A stretch of 64,000 nucleotides of DNA from an uncultured Candidatus Binatia bacterium (GTDB taxonomy: Bacteria > Desulfobacterota > Binatia > UBA9968 > JAJDTQ01): NCBI GenBank assembly GCA_965242525.1, contig OZ251459.1, positions 3,904,001-3,968,000 of the forward strand, read 5' to 3'. The notes beneath the pieces are model-generated. The model worked only from the letters and a program-made list of their open reading frames with translations, was not told the origin of the DNA and did not search any database. The translations under genes and the position numbers were made by a program. Positions 1 to 11,844 of this stretch are shown one piece after another (within the stretch, counting starts at the first letter, position 1; each line of letters starts with the position of its first letter).

Positions 1-1
1 C

Positions 2-1678
<1,677 letters not shown>

Positions 1679-1749
1679 TTGAGAGTTTCCTATCGTATTC
1701 GGGCTCCCGGCGTCAAGGAAGCGGAGGGGCCGCAGGCGGTCCCGCGGGG

Positions 1750-2301
1750 CTATTCCGAATCGTAGCGGACCAGCGAGAACAACTCCTGCCGGAGCTTCTC
1801 CCGCGGCTTGAGGAAGCCGAGCTCGATGATGCAGGCGTGCTCGAAGACGGCGCCGCCGAGCCGTTCCACCAAGTCCGCGGCCGCCGCGGCAGTCCCCCCG
1901 GTGGCCACCAAGTCGTCCACCAGCAGCACGTTCGCGCCGGGGGCGAGGGCGTCGCTGTGCACCTCCAGGGCGTCGCTGCCGTACTCCAGCTCGTAGGTGG
2001 CTTGCAGGGTCCGGTAGGGGAGTTTCCCGGGCTTCCGGATCACGCACAACCCCTTGCCCAACCGATAGGCCAGGGCCGCGCCGATGATGAAACCGCGGGA
2101 TTCGACGCCCGCCACCGTGTCCACCGGCGCCGCGGCGTACCGCTCTGCGAAGAGGTCGATGGTGCGCCGGAACAGCGGTCCGTCGCCCAGGAGCGGGGTG
2201 ATGTCCTTGAACACGATCCCGGGCTTGGGGAAGTCGGGGATGTCGCGGATGACGGCCCGGATGTCGTCCACGGGCGCGGCCCCTTGGGTGCTTTGCGTCA
2301 T
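1750..2301 (-). CDS. apt: Adenine phosphoribosyltransferase
   Basis: IPDFPKPGIVFKDITPLL, ESRGF, RKPGKLP and the PRPP-binding LLVDDLVATGGT motif. Confidence 0.96.
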   Translation of the reverse strand: MTQSTQGAAPVDDIRAVIRDIPDFPKPGIVFKDITPLLGDGPLFRRTIDLFAERYAAAPVDTVAGVESRGFIIGAALAYRLGKGLCVIRKPGKLPYRTLQATYELEYGSDALEVHSDALAPGANVLLVDDLVATGGTAAAAADLVERLGGAVFEHACIIELGFLKPREKLRQELFSLVRYDSE

Positions 2302-2320
2302 GGCGCTTGGGCTAACACAC

Positions 2321-3142
2321 TCAGGGCAAATAGGAAAGCGGGTCCCGGGCCACGTTGTTCCTGCGGATCTCGAAGTGGAGGTACGGCGTGGCGGCCCGTC
2401 CGGTGGCGCCGACCTCGGCGATGACCTGCCTGCGGGACACCTTCTGGCCTTGCCGCACCAGGTTCTTGCGGTTGTGGGCATAGACCGAGGCAAAGCCGCG
2501 GCGGTGGCGCAGGATGATGAGGTTGCCGTAGCCACGCAGCTTGTCGCTGTAGATCACCTGCCCGCCCAGGGTCGCGCGCACCGGGGTCCCCGAGGGCGCG
2601 GCGATGTTGATGCCGTCGTTCAGGCTCTCGTGCCGCGAATCGAACTTGGCGGTGACCTTGCCCGCCACGGGCCAGATGAACCCCTGCCTCGAAGGTTTCC
2701 GCTGTCGGGTACGGGTATCGGCTTTGCCAGCGCCGGCTGGAGGGGCGGCGCCGGGCCGAGGCGCCTTGGCCTGGGTTTCCTTCCCGGGAGCGGTCTTGGG
2801 GGTACGGGTCTTGGCGGGGCGGCGGGGTCTTTGCGCAGGTGCCTTGATGGGGGTAATGATCTCCACCGGCAGCCGGCGGGTGGCCCCGGGGACGAAGATC
2901 CGGCGCCCGACCTTGATGTCGCTCGCATCCGGGATGCGGTTGACGCGGGCGAGCCTCACGTGACCGACGCCGTAGGCCTTGCCGATGCGGAAGAGGTTCT
3001 CTCCCTTCTTGACCACGTGGTGGATGCCGGTCCGGTCGGGGTCTCGCCTGGGCGCGCGGTCATCGACGTAACTGCAACCCGCCAGGGCAAGGACGACGAG
3101 GATGTGTATCAGCCCGAGGTTGCGAAAGGCTAACTCGGCCAA
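2321..3142 (-). CDS. nlpD: LysM + M23 peptidase-family lipoprotein (NlpD-like)
   Basis: TTG start with GGGAGG RBS, lipobox LAGC, LysM (HVVKKGENLFRIG), M23 (FIWPV..GINIAA..YAHN..LHFEIR); lies downstream of pcm. Confidence 0.88.
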   Translation of the reverse strand: MAELAFRNLGLIHILVVLALAGCSYVDDRAPRRDPDRTGIHHVVKKGENLFRIGKAYGVGHVRLARVNRIPDASDIKVGRRIFVPGATRRLPVEIITPIKAPAQRPRRPAKTRTPKTAPGKETQAKAPRPGAAPPAGAGKADTRTRQRKPSRQGFIWPVAGKVTAKFDSRHESLNDGINIAAPSGTPVRATLGGQVIYSDKLRGYGNLIILRHRRGFASVYAHNRKNLVRQGQKVSRRQVIAEVGATGRAATPYLHFEIRRNNVARDPLSYLP

Positions 3143-3801
3143 CCGTACCTCCCCAGAAGCTTCACGAACCGGCATCCACCGAGGCTCGTTTCCTGGAGGC
3201 CGGTGGGAGTGCGGCAGGAGAGTTTCAGGGTCTGGGAGCGGTCATCGCCGATGGGGATGATGAGCCGCCCGCCCGCGGCCAGTTGCCGGAGGAGCGGCTC
3301 CGGGACCTTCGGCGCTCCCGCGGCCACGATGATGGCGTCGTAAGGGGCGTGCTCCGACCATCCCAGGGTCCCGTCTCCCACGTGGACCGCCACGTTGTAG
3401 TACCGCAGCTCGTCCAGGACCGTCCGTGCCTGCACCGCGAGGCTCCGTAGCTTCTCCACCGAGAAGACGTTGCCGCACAACTCCGCGAGCAGCGCCGTCT
3501 GGTAGGCGGACCCCGTCCCGATCTCGAGGACCCGTTCGGTCCCCGTCAACTCCAGGGCTTGCAGCATGTAGCCGACGATGTAGGGCTGGGAGATGGTCTG
3601 TTGCCCGCCGATGGGTAACGGGTCGTCGGCGTAGGCGCGGTCCACCAGGGCGGGCTCCACGAAGAGGTGCCGCGGCACCTTGCGCATGGCGTGGACCACC
3701 CGCTGGTCGTGGACGCCCCGGTCCAGCAACTGGGTCTGGACCATTCGCTCCCTGGCGCCCTCGAAAGCGGATACGCTGCGGTAGCTGGAACCCTCGGCCA
3801 T
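3130..3801 (-). CDS. pcm: Protein-L-isoaspartate O-methyltransferase
   Basis: VPRHLFV, QTISQPY, VLEIGTGSAYQ, GDGTLGW, APYDAIIV. Start codon uncertain. Confidence 0.94.
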   Translation of the reverse strand: MAEGSSYRSVSAFEGARERMVQTQLLDRGVHDQRVVHAMRKVPRHLFVEPALVDRAYADDPLPIGGQQTISQPYIVGYMLQALELTGTERVLEIGTGSAYQTALLAELCGNVFSVEKLRSLAVQARTVLDELRYYNVAVHVGDGTLGWSEHAPYDAIIVAAGAPKVPEPLLRQLAAGGRLIIPIGDDRSQTLKLSCRTPTGLQETSLGGCRFVKLLGRYGWPS

Positions 3802-3851
3802 CGATGGAGGCAGCGGCGGCCCGTGAGGGGCCGCCACGGTCCGGGTAAGAT

Positions 3852-3928
3852 TGGTCGGGGCGACTGGATTTGAACCAGCGACCACACGCACCCCAAGCGT
3901 GTGCGCTACCAGGCTGCGCTACGCCCCG
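3852..3928 (-). tRNA. tRNA-Pro(GGG)
   Basis: CGGGGCGTAGCGCAGCCTGGTAGCGC..anticodon loop TTGGGGT..GGTTCAAATCC..CCCCGACCA cloverleaf with encoded CCA. Confidence 0.97.
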
Positions 3929-4034
3929 ACACCGTTGGAAGAAGTATTAACACTCTACCGGCAACGGGTCAATCTCGGCTTCGCCGGGGGACGCCGGAAT
4001 GCGGCGCGTGAAGGCGGGACCAGGGGGGATCCAG

Positions 4035-4144
4035 GGAAACTCTGAACAATTGCCCCCGTTCGTCCTGAGCGTAGCGAAGCGAAGTCGAAGGACGCGCTTT
4101 CCCATAGGGAGAGGCGCCTCGAGCCGGAATTGATCAGTGGTTCC
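4035..4144. mobile_element. MITE-like element abutting the merR stop codon
   Basis: GGAAACTCTGAACAAT...ATTGATCAGTGGTTCC ends with the core repeat inside; flanks CCAG/CTAG. Confidence 0.75.
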
Positions 4145-4498
4145 CTAGGAGATCAGGTCGCGGAGCTCGGCCAGGTCGTTCCGTATCTCGCGGAGGACTT
4201 CCACGTGCTCGGGACGCGGCCACGGGCCCGGCGGCGTCCCGTCCTCCGGGGCGTCGCGCTGCTTGAGCTTCTTCCGCGCCCCTTCGATGGTGTATCCTTC
4301 GCTGTACAACAGCCGCTTGATCTGGAGCAGCAGCTCCACGTCCTTGCGCTTGTAGAGTCGGTGGCGCGACGGCGCCTTGCCGGGGTTCAGGAGGTCGAAC
4401 TCGCCTTCCCAGTAGCGCAGCACGTACGGCTTCACGTCCAGGAGGTCGCTGACCTCGCCGATCTTGAAGTAGAGCTTGTCGGGGATGACCACCGCCAC
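4145..4498 (-). CDS. MerR-family transcriptional regulator
   Basis: IPDKLYFKIGEVS..VLRYWE..GYTIEGARK; conserved position after ihfA. Confidence 0.92.
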   Translation of the reverse strand: MAVVIPDKLYFKIGEVSDLLDVKPYVLRYWEGEFDLLNPGKAPSRHRLYKRKDVELLLQIKRLLYSEGYTIEGARKKLKQRDAPEDGTPPGPWPRPEHVEVLREIRNDLAELRDLIS

Positions 4499-4511
4499 GG
4501 GTCCTGCCGTA

Positions 4512-4829
4512 TCACGGAATGGTGAAGGCGTCCGCGCCCAGGATTCCGACGGAGTCGGAGTTCATGTTCTTCTTGAGGGTCTGGCTCGGCTTGAAGGTCA
4601 GCACCTTGCGGCTGTCGATGGTGATCTCCTCGCCGGTCCGGGGGTTCCGGCCCTTGCGGGGCTGCTTGCCGTGGATGACGAAGTTCCCGAACCCGGAGAT
4701 CTTGACCTTGTCGCCCTGCTCCAGCCGGGACTTGATGACCTCGAAGGTGGCCTCCACCACGTCCGCGGCCTCCTTCTTGGAGAAGCCCACCCTCTCGTAG
4801 ATCCGGTTGACGATGTCAGCCTTGGTCAT
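4512..4829 (-). CDS. ihfA: Integration host factor alpha subunit
   Basis: MTKADIV..VKISGFGNF..RKGRNPRTGEEI..LTFKPS; follows pheT. Confidence 0.95.
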   Translation of the reverse strand: MTKADIVNRIYERVGFSKKEAADVVEATFEVIKSRLEQGDKVKISGFGNFVIHGKQPRKGRNPRTGEEITIDSRKVLTFKPSQTLKKNMNSDSVGILGADAFTIP

Positions 4830-4868
4830 CGCTGCCCTCCCGGGCCGGCCCGCGGGCCAGGATCCGTT

Positions 4869-7280
4869 CTACCGCAACGTCGCGTCGAACGCGGCGCAGA
4901 GCCTTCGGGTCAGGTCCTCGTGCACGGCGTTGACTTCCTGGTCCGTGAGGGTCCTCTCGGCGGATCGGTAGAAGACCTTGTAGGCGAGGCTCTTCCTGCC
5001 TTCGCTGATGGGGGCACCGGTATATTCGTCGAAGACATCCACCCTTTCGACGAGGGGCTGCTCCAGTCCCCGGACCCAATCGACGACCGTCCGGCTCGGG
5101 AACCCTTGCGCAACCACGATGGCAAGGTCCCGCTCCACCGACGGGAAACGGGGAATGGGCCGCACCTTGAAATCCGCCCGAGCATAGTGGAGCACCGCGT
5201 CGAAGTCAAGCTCGAACAGGAAGCACCCGGGCAGGTCCAATTCCTCACGAACTCGCGGACTTATCTCCCCCACATGGCCCAGCCTGGCGCCCCGGGCGGA
5301 GACCGCGGCGAACCTTTCCGGATGCAGCATGCGGGGGGGGTCTTCCGCGCTCCACCCGGAGTCCGCGCAACCGGCGCTCTCCAGCAGGTTCTCGACGATC
5401 CCCTTCACGTCGGCGAAGGTGAACTCGCGGCTCTCCGCCCCGAGGCCCCGCCGGGGCCGATGGCCGCGGAGGAGTCCCGCCGCGTTCATGCGTTCCGCGG
5501 ACCCGCGGTCACCCCCCAGCGAGAAGACCTTGTTGAGCTCGAAGACCATCGAGCTCCCGCTCCGGCGCTCAGCGTGGCGGCGCAGGTTCTCGGCCAACCC
5601 CGGCAGGAGGCTGAGGCGCATCTCGTCCGTGTCCCGGCGCAGGGGGTTGGCGATGCGTACGGGCGCCGCGTCCCCGCCCCAGAGCCCGGGAAAGGTCCGG
5701 TTCATGCCCGGGGAGCAGAAGGGCAGGGTCACCAACTCGCACAACCCTTCCGCGGCCAGGAGCGAGCGCGTCTTCCGCATCCAGCGCAGCAGCGGGTCCG
5801 CCCGGCCGGCGCCCATGCGGACCGCGGGCAGCGTGGCCGGAATGTTGTCGTACCCGTGGAGCCGGGCCAGCTCCTCCACCATGTCGGCCTCCCGGGTCAG
5901 GTCGAAGCGGAAGGAGGGGGGCGAGACCTCCAGGCCCGCTTCCGAGGAACCCGCGACGCCCATGCCCAGGGACTCGACGATGCCGCGGACCCGTTCCCGG
6001 GGCAGCTCCACTCCCAACGCGCGCTTGACGCTGGCGTAGCGGAGGGCGACGCGCGCGGGCTTGCGCGGGCGGGGATAGACGTCGGCGACCCCCGGGACCG
6101 CCTCGGCGCCGCCCGCGGCCTCCCACAGCGCCGCGGCCCGGTCCATGGCGTAGCGCGTGCCTTCCGGGTCCACGCCCCGCTCGAACCGATGGGACGCCTC
6201 GGTATGCATGCCCATGCGCTTCGCGGTGCGCCGGATGGCCAGCGGATCGAAGTGGGCGCTCTCCAGCAGCACCGATTGGGTCGCTTCTGTGACCTCGGAG
6301 CCGGCCCCTCCCATGACCCCGGCCAGGGCCGCGGGCGTATCGCCGTCGCAGATCAGCAGGTCGTCGGGATGGAGCGCCCGTTCCGACCCGTCCAGGGTCG
6401 TCAACGTTTTCGCCTCGCCCGCGGCGCGCACCACGATCCGCCCGCTGGCGATGCTCCGCGCGTCGAACGCGTGCAGGGGCTGGCCGGTCTCCAGCATGAC
6501 GTAGTTGGTCACGTCCACGATCAGGTTGATGGAGCGGATGCCGCAGGCTTCGAGCCGGAAGCGGAGCCACGGCGGAGACGGCGCCGGCCGGAGCCCGTGG
6601 ACGAGCCGGGCCGAATAGCGCGGGCACAGGGCCGGGTCCGCGATCTCCACGGACACCGGCATGGTCGGGGGGTGGCGCCGGAGATGCTCCGGGACCGCCG
6701 GGGGCCGGAGCCTGCCGCCGGTGAAGGCCGCGGCCTCCCGGGCCAGGCCCAGGACGCTCAGGCAGTCGCCCCGGTTGGGGGTGACGCCCACCTCCAGCAC
6801 CGAGTCGTCCAGCGCCAGGTACCGGTGCAGGGACTCGCCCTCGGGCGCGTCGTCGGGCAGTTCGATGATGCCGCGGTGGTCGTCGGAGAGCCCCATCTCC
6901 TGCTCCGAGCAGAGCATCCCCTCGGAGGGGACGCCGCGGATGGACCGCCGCCCGATGGCCTGCCCGGAGGGCAGCACCGAGCCGGCCCGCAGGAGCGCCG
7001 TCTTCATGCCCTTCCTGACGTTGGGAGCGCCGCACACGATCCGGAGCGGCGCGCCGGCGTCGTGGACCTCGCATACGGACAGCCGGTCGGCGTTGGGATG
7101 GGGCCGGACGTCCTTCACCCGGACGATGACCGCGCCGGCGTCCGCGCCCAGCGGTCGCACCGACTCCACCTCGAGCCCCGCCCGGGTAAGGCCCTCGGCC
7201 AGCTCGCCGGGGCCGAAGGTCTCCGCGGCCCCGGCCGGGAGATCCAGCATCTCCATCAGCCAGTGGAAGGTCAGTTTCAT
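4869..7280 (-). CDS. pheT: Phenylalanine-tRNA ligase beta subunit
   Basis: HPNADRL, IVCGAPNV, SEGMLCS, TPNRGDCLS, RFERGVD, and a C-terminal FDX-ACB domain (RFPSVERDLA). Confidence 0.98.
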   Translation of the reverse strand: MKLTFHWLMEMLDLPAGAAETFGPGELAEGLTRAGLEVESVRPLGADAGAVIVRVKDVRPHPNADRLSVCEVHDAGAPLRIVCGAPNVRKGMKTALLRAGSVLPSGQAIGRRSIRGVPSEGMLCSEQEMGLSDDHRGIIELPDDAPEGESLHRYLALDDSVLEVGVTPNRGDCLSVLGLAREAAAFTGGRLRPPAVPEHLRRHPPTMPVSVEIADPALCPRYSARLVHGLRPAPSPPWLRFRLEACGIRSINLIVDVTNYVMLETGQPLHAFDARSIASGRIVVRAAGEAKTLTTLDGSERALHPDDLLICDGDTPAALAGVMGGAGSEVTEATQSVLLESAHFDPLAIRRTAKRMGMHTEASHRFERGVDPEGTRYAMDRAAALWEAAGGAEAVPGVADVYPRPRKPARVALRYASVKRALGVELPRERVRGIVESLGMGVAGSSEAGLEVSPPSFRFDLTREADMVEELARLHGYDNIPATLPAVRMGAGRADPLLRWMRKTRSLLAAEGLCELVTLPFCSPGMNRTFPGLWGGDAAPVRIANPLRRDTDEMRLSLLPGLAENLRRHAERRSGSSMVFELNKVFSLGGDRGSAERMNAAGLLRGHRPRRGLGAESREFTFADVKGIVENLLESAGCADSGWSAEDPPRMLHPERFAAVSARGARLGHVGEISPRVREELDLPGCFLFELDFDAVLHYARADFKVRPIPRFPSVERDLAIVVAQGFPSRTVVDWVRGLEQPLVERVDVFDEYTGAPISEGRKSLAYKVFYRSAERTLTDQEVNAVHEDLTRRLCAAFDATLR

Positions 7281-7290
7281 GGTCGGTGGC

Positions 7291-8325
7291 TCAGGGAGGG
7301 AACTGCCGCAGGAAGCGGATATCGTTCTGGAAGAACAGCCGGATGTCGTCCATGCCGTACTTGAGCATGGCGATGCGCTCCACGCCCATGCCGAAGGCGA
7401 AGCCCGAGAATTCCTCGGGGTCGTAGCCCACGAAGCCGAAGACGTTGGGGTCGATCATCCCCGACCCGAGGATCTCCAGCCATCCCGACCCCTTGCACAC
7501 GCGGCAGATCCCCGCGTCCTCGGCCTCGCGGCAAAGGATGCAGCCGATATCCACCTCCGCGCTGGGCTCGGTGAACGGGAAGAAGCTCGGGCGGAAGCGG
7601 ACCCGCACCCGGTCCCGGAAGACCTGTTGGAGGAAGTGCGTCAGCACCCCCTTCAGGTCCCCGAAGGTGATGTCCCGATCCACCATGAAGCCTTCGACCT
7701 GGTGGAACACGGGCGAGTGGGTGGCGTCGTCGTCGTGGCGATAGACGGCCCCGGGCGCGATGACCTGGAGCGGCGGCCGGCGCTGCTCCATGACGCGGAT
7801 CTGGACCGGCGAAGTGTGGGTGCGGAGCACCCGGCCGTCCGACACGAAGAAGGTGTCCTGCATGTCCCGGGCCGGATGGTCCCTGGGAATGTTGAGCGCC
7901 TCGAAGTTGTGGTAGTCGTCCTCCACGTCGGGCCCCCGGGCGATCTCGAAGCCCATGCCCGTGAACACGTCGATGATCTCGTCCATGACCCGGGTGAGCG
8001 GATGCGTCCGGCCCCGCTCCAGCCGGTTCCCCGGCAAGGTCACGTCGAGGCGCGGGCCCCCCGATGGGTCCGCCCGGCCTTCCCGCAGGCGCTTGGAGCG
8101 CGCTTCGAGCAGCGCCTCGATCTCTCCCCGCCGCCGGTTGAGCTCCTGGCCGGCGCTCGGCCGCTGGTCGGCCGGCAAGTCCTTGAGCCCGCGCAGCAGC
8201 GCGGTGAGCTTGCCGCCCTTCCGGCCCAGGTAGTCGATGCGGACCTGCTCGACCTCCTGTTCCGAAGCGCACCGCTCCAGGCGTCCGGCCGCTTCCTCGC
8301 GGAGCTTCTCCAGGGTTTCGATCAT
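7291..8325 (-). CDS. pheS: Phenylalanine-tRNA ligase alpha subunit
   Basis: HPARDMQDTF, LRTHTSPVQIR, FPFTEPSAE, GFAFGMGVER. Confidence 0.98.
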   Translation of the reverse strand: MIETLEKLREEAAGRLERCASEQEVEQVRIDYLGRKGGKLTALLRGLKDLPADQRPSAGQELNRRRGEIEALLEARSKRLREGRADPSGGPRLDVTLPGNRLERGRTHPLTRVMDEIIDVFTGMGFEIARGPDVEDDYHNFEALNIPRDHPARDMQDTFFVSDGRVLRTHTSPVQIRVMEQRRPPLQVIAPGAVYRHDDDATHSPVFHQVEGFMVDRDITFGDLKGVLTHFLQQVFRDRVRVRFRPSFFPFTEPSAEVDIGCILCREAEDAGICRVCKGSGWLEILGSGMIDPNVFGFVGYDPEEFSGFAFGMGVERIAMLKYGMDDIRLFFQNDIRFLRQFPP

Positions 8326-8332
8326 GCGGGCG

Positions 8333-8692
8333 TCAGGCGTCGAGGTGGTCCCTGGCGCACTTGGCGATCTGGTCGAACACGGGCGCGTCCGACGCTGCGA
8401 TGTCGGCGAGGATCTTGCGGTCCAACTCCACCCCGGCCTTCTTCAGGCCGTGGATCAGCCGGCTGTAGGACAGGCCGTTGAGCCGCGCCCCGGCGCTGAT
8501 GCGCACGTTCCACAAGCCCCGGAACGTGCGTTTGCGCACCCGCCGGTCGCGGTAGGCGTAGGCAAGTCCGCGCTCGACGGTCTCCCTGGCGGCGCGGTAC
8601 AGCCTCCGTCGGCCTCCCACGTACCCTTTGGCCAACTTCATGATCTTTCTGCGGCGCCGGCGGGAAGCCGGTCCGCCCTTGACTCTCGGCAT
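8333..8692 (-). CDS. rplT: 50S ribosomal protein L20
   Basis: [28 protein letters not shown]. Confidence 0.98.
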   Translation of the reverse strand: MPRVKGGPASRRRRRKIMKLAKGYVGGRRRLYRAARETVERGLAYAYRDRRVRKRTFRGLWNVRISAGARLNGLSYSRLIHGLKKAGVELDRKILADIAASDAPVFDQIAKCARDHLDA

Positions 8693-8797
8693 GGCGTGTA
8701 CTCCTCGGACAGACGTGCGACAGGGGCGCCGCCGGGCAGGCTCGCCCGGGTGCCCGGCAGCGGCGGCGTCGGTGGATACCGGCGTCCGGCCCGGTCC

Positions 8798-8995
8798 CTA
8801 CAGGTAGGGGACGAGACGCCGCATGTTCTTCGATTCGCAGCCCGACACGGCCTCGGGCTGTCTCAGCCGGCGTTTCCGCTTGCGGCTCTTGGTGGACAGG
8901 ATATGGCTCTTGAAGCCCCGCCGGCGCATGACCTTGCCGCTCTTGCTGACCTTGAACCTCTTGGCCGCTCCCCTGTTGGTCTTGATCTTGGGCAT
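8798..8995 (-). CDS. rpmI: 50S ribosomal protein L35
   Basis: [27 protein letters not shown]; 65 aa. Confidence 0.97.
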   Translation of the reverse strand: MPKIKTNRGAAKRFKVSKSGKVMRRRGFKSHILSTKSRKRKRRLRQPEAVSGCESKNMRRLVPYL

Positions 8996-9048
8996 CCCGG
9001 ACTTTCCTCGTTTCCTCGTGTTGGGCCGAACCCGCGCGCCGCCGCCCG

Positions 9049-9564
9049 CTAGGCGTTGGCCTTCGGCGTCAGCAGCATGGCCATGTTCCGCCCCTCGAGC
9101 TTCGGCGGCACGTCCAGCTTCGCCGTGTCCTGGACCTGGTCGAAGACGCTGTTCAGCATGGCCCTGCCGAGCTCGGGGTGGGTGATCTCCCGGCCCCGGA
9201 AGAATACCGACACCTTGACCCTCTGGCCCCGCTCCAGGAAGCGCCGGATGTTGCGCACCTTGAACAGCAGGTCGTGCTGGTTGGTCCGGGCTCCCATCTT
9301 GACTTCCTTGACCGCAACGAAGGTGGCGTGGCGCTTGGCCTCCTGCGTCTTCTTCTTCTGGAGGTAGCGGAACTTGCCGTAGTCCAGCAGGCGGCACACC
9401 GGCGGTTGCGCCTCCGGGGCCACTTCCACCAGGTCGAGCTCCCGCTGCTCCGCGATGCTCAGGGCTTCATGCAGCAGCATGACTCCGAGCTGCTCGCTGT
9501 CCGCGCCAATGACGCGGACCTCGCGCGCCCGGATCTGCTGGTTGATTCTCGTGGGCCGCGCTAT
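9049..9564 (-). CDS. infC: Translation initiation factor IF-3 (non-canonical ATA start)
   Basis: AGGAGG-N6-ATA GCG CGG CCC ACG AGA ATC AAC reads (M)[19 protein letters not shown], in frame with DLVEVAP..DYGKF..FRGRE. Confidence 0.93.
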   Translation of the reverse strand: MARPTRINQQIRAREVRVIGADSEQLGVMLLHEALSIAEQRELDLVEVAPEAQPPVCRLLDYGKFRYLQKKKTQEAKRHATFVAVKEVKMGARTNQHDLLFKVRNIRRFLERGQRVKVSVFFRGREITHPELGRAMLNSVFDQVQDTAKLDVPPKLEGRNMAMLLTPKANA

Positions 9565-9592
9565 AAAGCACCTCCTGTAGAGATACGTGCGC

Positions 9593-11506
9593 TCATGGGA
9601 CCGGCTCGGTCTCCTGGCGGACGTCTTCCCCGAGCTTCTCCACGAACGCCTCTACCGGCATGGGCGGCAGGTTCTCCCCGCCGCGCCTTCGCGCCGACAG
9701 GGTCCCGTCCTGCACTTCCTTGTCGCCGATGACCACCGCGTAGGGTATCCGGGCCAGTTGCGCTTCGCGGATCTTGAACCCCAGCTTCTCGTTCCGGTCG
9801 TCCAGCTCCACGCGCCACCCGGCTTCCCGCAGCCGGTCGCGGACCCCCGCGGCGTAAGGCTTCTGCAGGTCGGTGACCGTCACCACGCGCGACTGCACCG
9901 GGGCCAGCCACAAGGGGAAGGCCCCGCCGGTGTGCTCGATCAACAGGGCCATGAAACGTTCGATGGAGCCCAGGATGGCCCGGTGGATCATCACCGGGCG
10001 CTCCTCCGCTCCCGAGGATGAGACGTAGGCCAAGTCGAACCGTTCGGGCATGGAGAAGTCGAGTTGGACCGTGCCGAGCTGCCAGCCTCGCTTCATCGCG
10101 TCCTTGACGACGAAATCGATCTTGGGGCCGTAGAAGGCGCCGTCGCCCCGGTTGATCTCATAGGCTACGTTCCGTTTCTCCAGCGATGCGGCCAGTGCAG
10201 CCTCGGCCCGTTCCCAGGTCTCCAGCGCGCCCAGGTACCGGTCCGGTCTGGTGGAGAGGAGGACCTCCAGGTCCTCGAAGTGGAACCTATGATACACCTC
10301 GCGGAGCATGTCAAGCAGCCGGGCGATCTCCTCTTCGATCTGGCCGGGGGTGCAGAAGATGTGGGCGTCGTCCTGGGAGAAGCTGCGCACCCTCGTGAGC
10401 CCCGCGGTGACGCCGGACTTCTCGTATCGGTGCAGCCGTCCGAAGTCCGCCAGCCGCACCGGCAGGTCCCGGTAGGAACGCTTCTTCGACGCGTAGAGGA
10501 ACGTGTGGCCGGGACAGTTCATGGGCTTGACGCCGAACTCGCGCTCGTCCACCTGGGTGAAGTACATGTGGTCCTTGTAGTGGTCGTAGTGGCCCGACCG
10601 GCGCCACAGGCCGGCGTCGAAGATCTGCGGCGTGATCACCTCTTCGTAGCCGTAGCGCAGGTACAGGCTCCTCATGTAGTCCACCAGGGTGTTGTAGAGC
10701 GTGGTTCCCTTGGGGTGGAAGAACGGGCTCGACGGGGCCGCGGGGTGGAAGCTGAACAGGTCCATCTCCTTGCCGAGCCTGCGATGGTCCCGCTTGCGCG
10801 CGGCCTCCAGCAGCGCGAGGTGCTCTTTCAACTGCTTCCGGGACGGGAACGCCGTGCCGTAGATGCGCTGGAGCATCTCGTTCTTCTCGTCGCCGCGCCA
10901 GTAGGCGCCCGCCACCGACGTGAGCTTGAACGCCCGGATGAGCCCGGTGCCGGGCAGGTGCGGGCCGCGGCACAGGTCCACCCAGTCCCCCTGGCGGTAG
11001 AGCGAGACGGTCTCGTCGGGGATCCCCTCGATGATCTCCACCTTGTAGTCCTCGCCCATGCCGCGGAAGAGATCCATGGCTTCGTCCCTGGGCCATTCCT
11101 CGCGCGCGATGGACAGGTCCTCCTCGGCGAGTTCGCGCATGCGCGCCTCGACCTTCTCCACCTCGTCGGGGGTGAACGGCGTGGCGCGCCTGAAGTCGTA
11201 GTAGAAGCCGTCCCGGGTGGTGGGGCCGATGGTCACCTGGGTCCCGGGGAAGAGGCTCTGGACCGCCTGGGCCATGAGGTGCGCGGTGGAGTGGCGGAGG
11301 ATGTCGATGCCCTCCGGGCTGTCGAGGGCGATCCACCGGAAGGCGCAGTCCTCCCGCACCGGCCGCGAGAGGTCCACCGGGGACCCGTCCACGCTGGCCG
11401 CAACCACGCGCCGGTCCGACGGCAACGGCGCCGCGTCGCCGGCCCGGGCGCCCGGCGCGGCCTCGAAGGTCTCCCCTCCGGGCAAGGTTACGCGAATCTT
11501 CTCCAT
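9593..11506 (-). CDS. thrS: Threonine-tRNA ligase
   Basis: RHSTAHLMA, DLCRGPH, RDHRRLG, KPMNCPGH, QDDAHIF, FYGPKID, MIHRAILGS. Confidence 0.98.
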   Translation of the reverse strand: MEKIRVTLPGGETFEAAPGARAGDAAPLPSDRRVVAASVDGSPVDLSRPVREDCAFRWIALDSPEGIDILRHSTAHLMAQAVQSLFPGTQVTIGPTTRDGFYYDFRRATPFTPDEVEKVEARMRELAEEDLSIAREEWPRDEAMDLFRGMGEDYKVEIIEGIPDETVSLYRQGDWVDLCRGPHLPGTGLIRAFKLTSVAGAYWRGDEKNEMLQRIYGTAFPSRKQLKEHLALLEAARKRDHRRLGKEMDLFSFHPAAPSSPFFHPKGTTLYNTLVDYMRSLYLRYGYEEVITPQIFDAGLWRRSGHYDHYKDHMYFTQVDEREFGVKPMNCPGHTFLYASKKRSYRDLPVRLADFGRLHRYEKSGVTAGLTRVRSFSQDDAHIFCTPGQIEEEIARLLDMLREVYHRFHFEDLEVLLSTRPDRYLGALETWERAEAALAASLEKRNVAYEINRGDGAFYGPKIDFVVKDAMKRGWQLGTVQLDFSMPERFDLAYVSSSGAEERPVMIHRAILGSIERFMALLIEHTGGAFPLWLAPVQSRVVTVTDLQKPYAAGVRDRLREAGWRVELDDRNEKLGFKIREAQLARIPYAVVIGDKEVQDGTLSARRRGGENLPPMPVEAFVEKLGEDVRQETEPVP

Positions 11507-11567
11507 CCTGTCACGGATACCGTTCGTTCGAGATGGACCGCTTGCGGAAGCAGGCAACTGCGGGGAA

Positions 11568-11642
11568 TGGTAGGCACGGGCGGGATTGAACCGCCGACCT
11601 CTTCCGCGTCAAGGAAGCGCTCTCCCACTGAGCTACGTGCCT
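11568..11642 (-). tRNA. tRNA-Val(GAC)
   Basis: AGGCACGTAGCTCAGTGGGAGAGCG CTTCC TTGACGC GGAAG..GGTTCAATCC..GTGCCTACCA. Confidence 0.97.
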
Positions 11643-11844
11643 CGATGCGCCTTCGCAAAGGTCCGATTCTACTAGCAATTCACGGGCCTTCTGTCAATCC
11701 CGCAGCGGCCTTTCGCAGTTGACTTCGCGGTTCGGGAAACTCCCTCATCCGTGGCTCGGTCGTTCAGGGATTCCCGTACCGGGAGCAAAGCGAGGCGCAG
11801 GGTTGACATCCGCTTGGTAGCGAGGATCAACTATACCAACGCAT

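Noticed and set aside
3852-4144. tRNA genes as integration sites for a prophage or island
   Set aside because: No integrase and no duplicated tRNA 3' end was seen near either tRNA.
8693-8797. GC-rich stem-loop between rpmI and rplT as an L20 leader
   Set aside because: Such stems are expected by chance at this GC content, and no known leader motif was recognised.
11660-11700. Sigma70 promoter calls upstream of tRNA-Val and tRNA-Pro
   Set aside because: TTGACA/TTGACC boxes are present, but the -10 hexamers are poorly matched at canonical spacing, so they are not listed as features.
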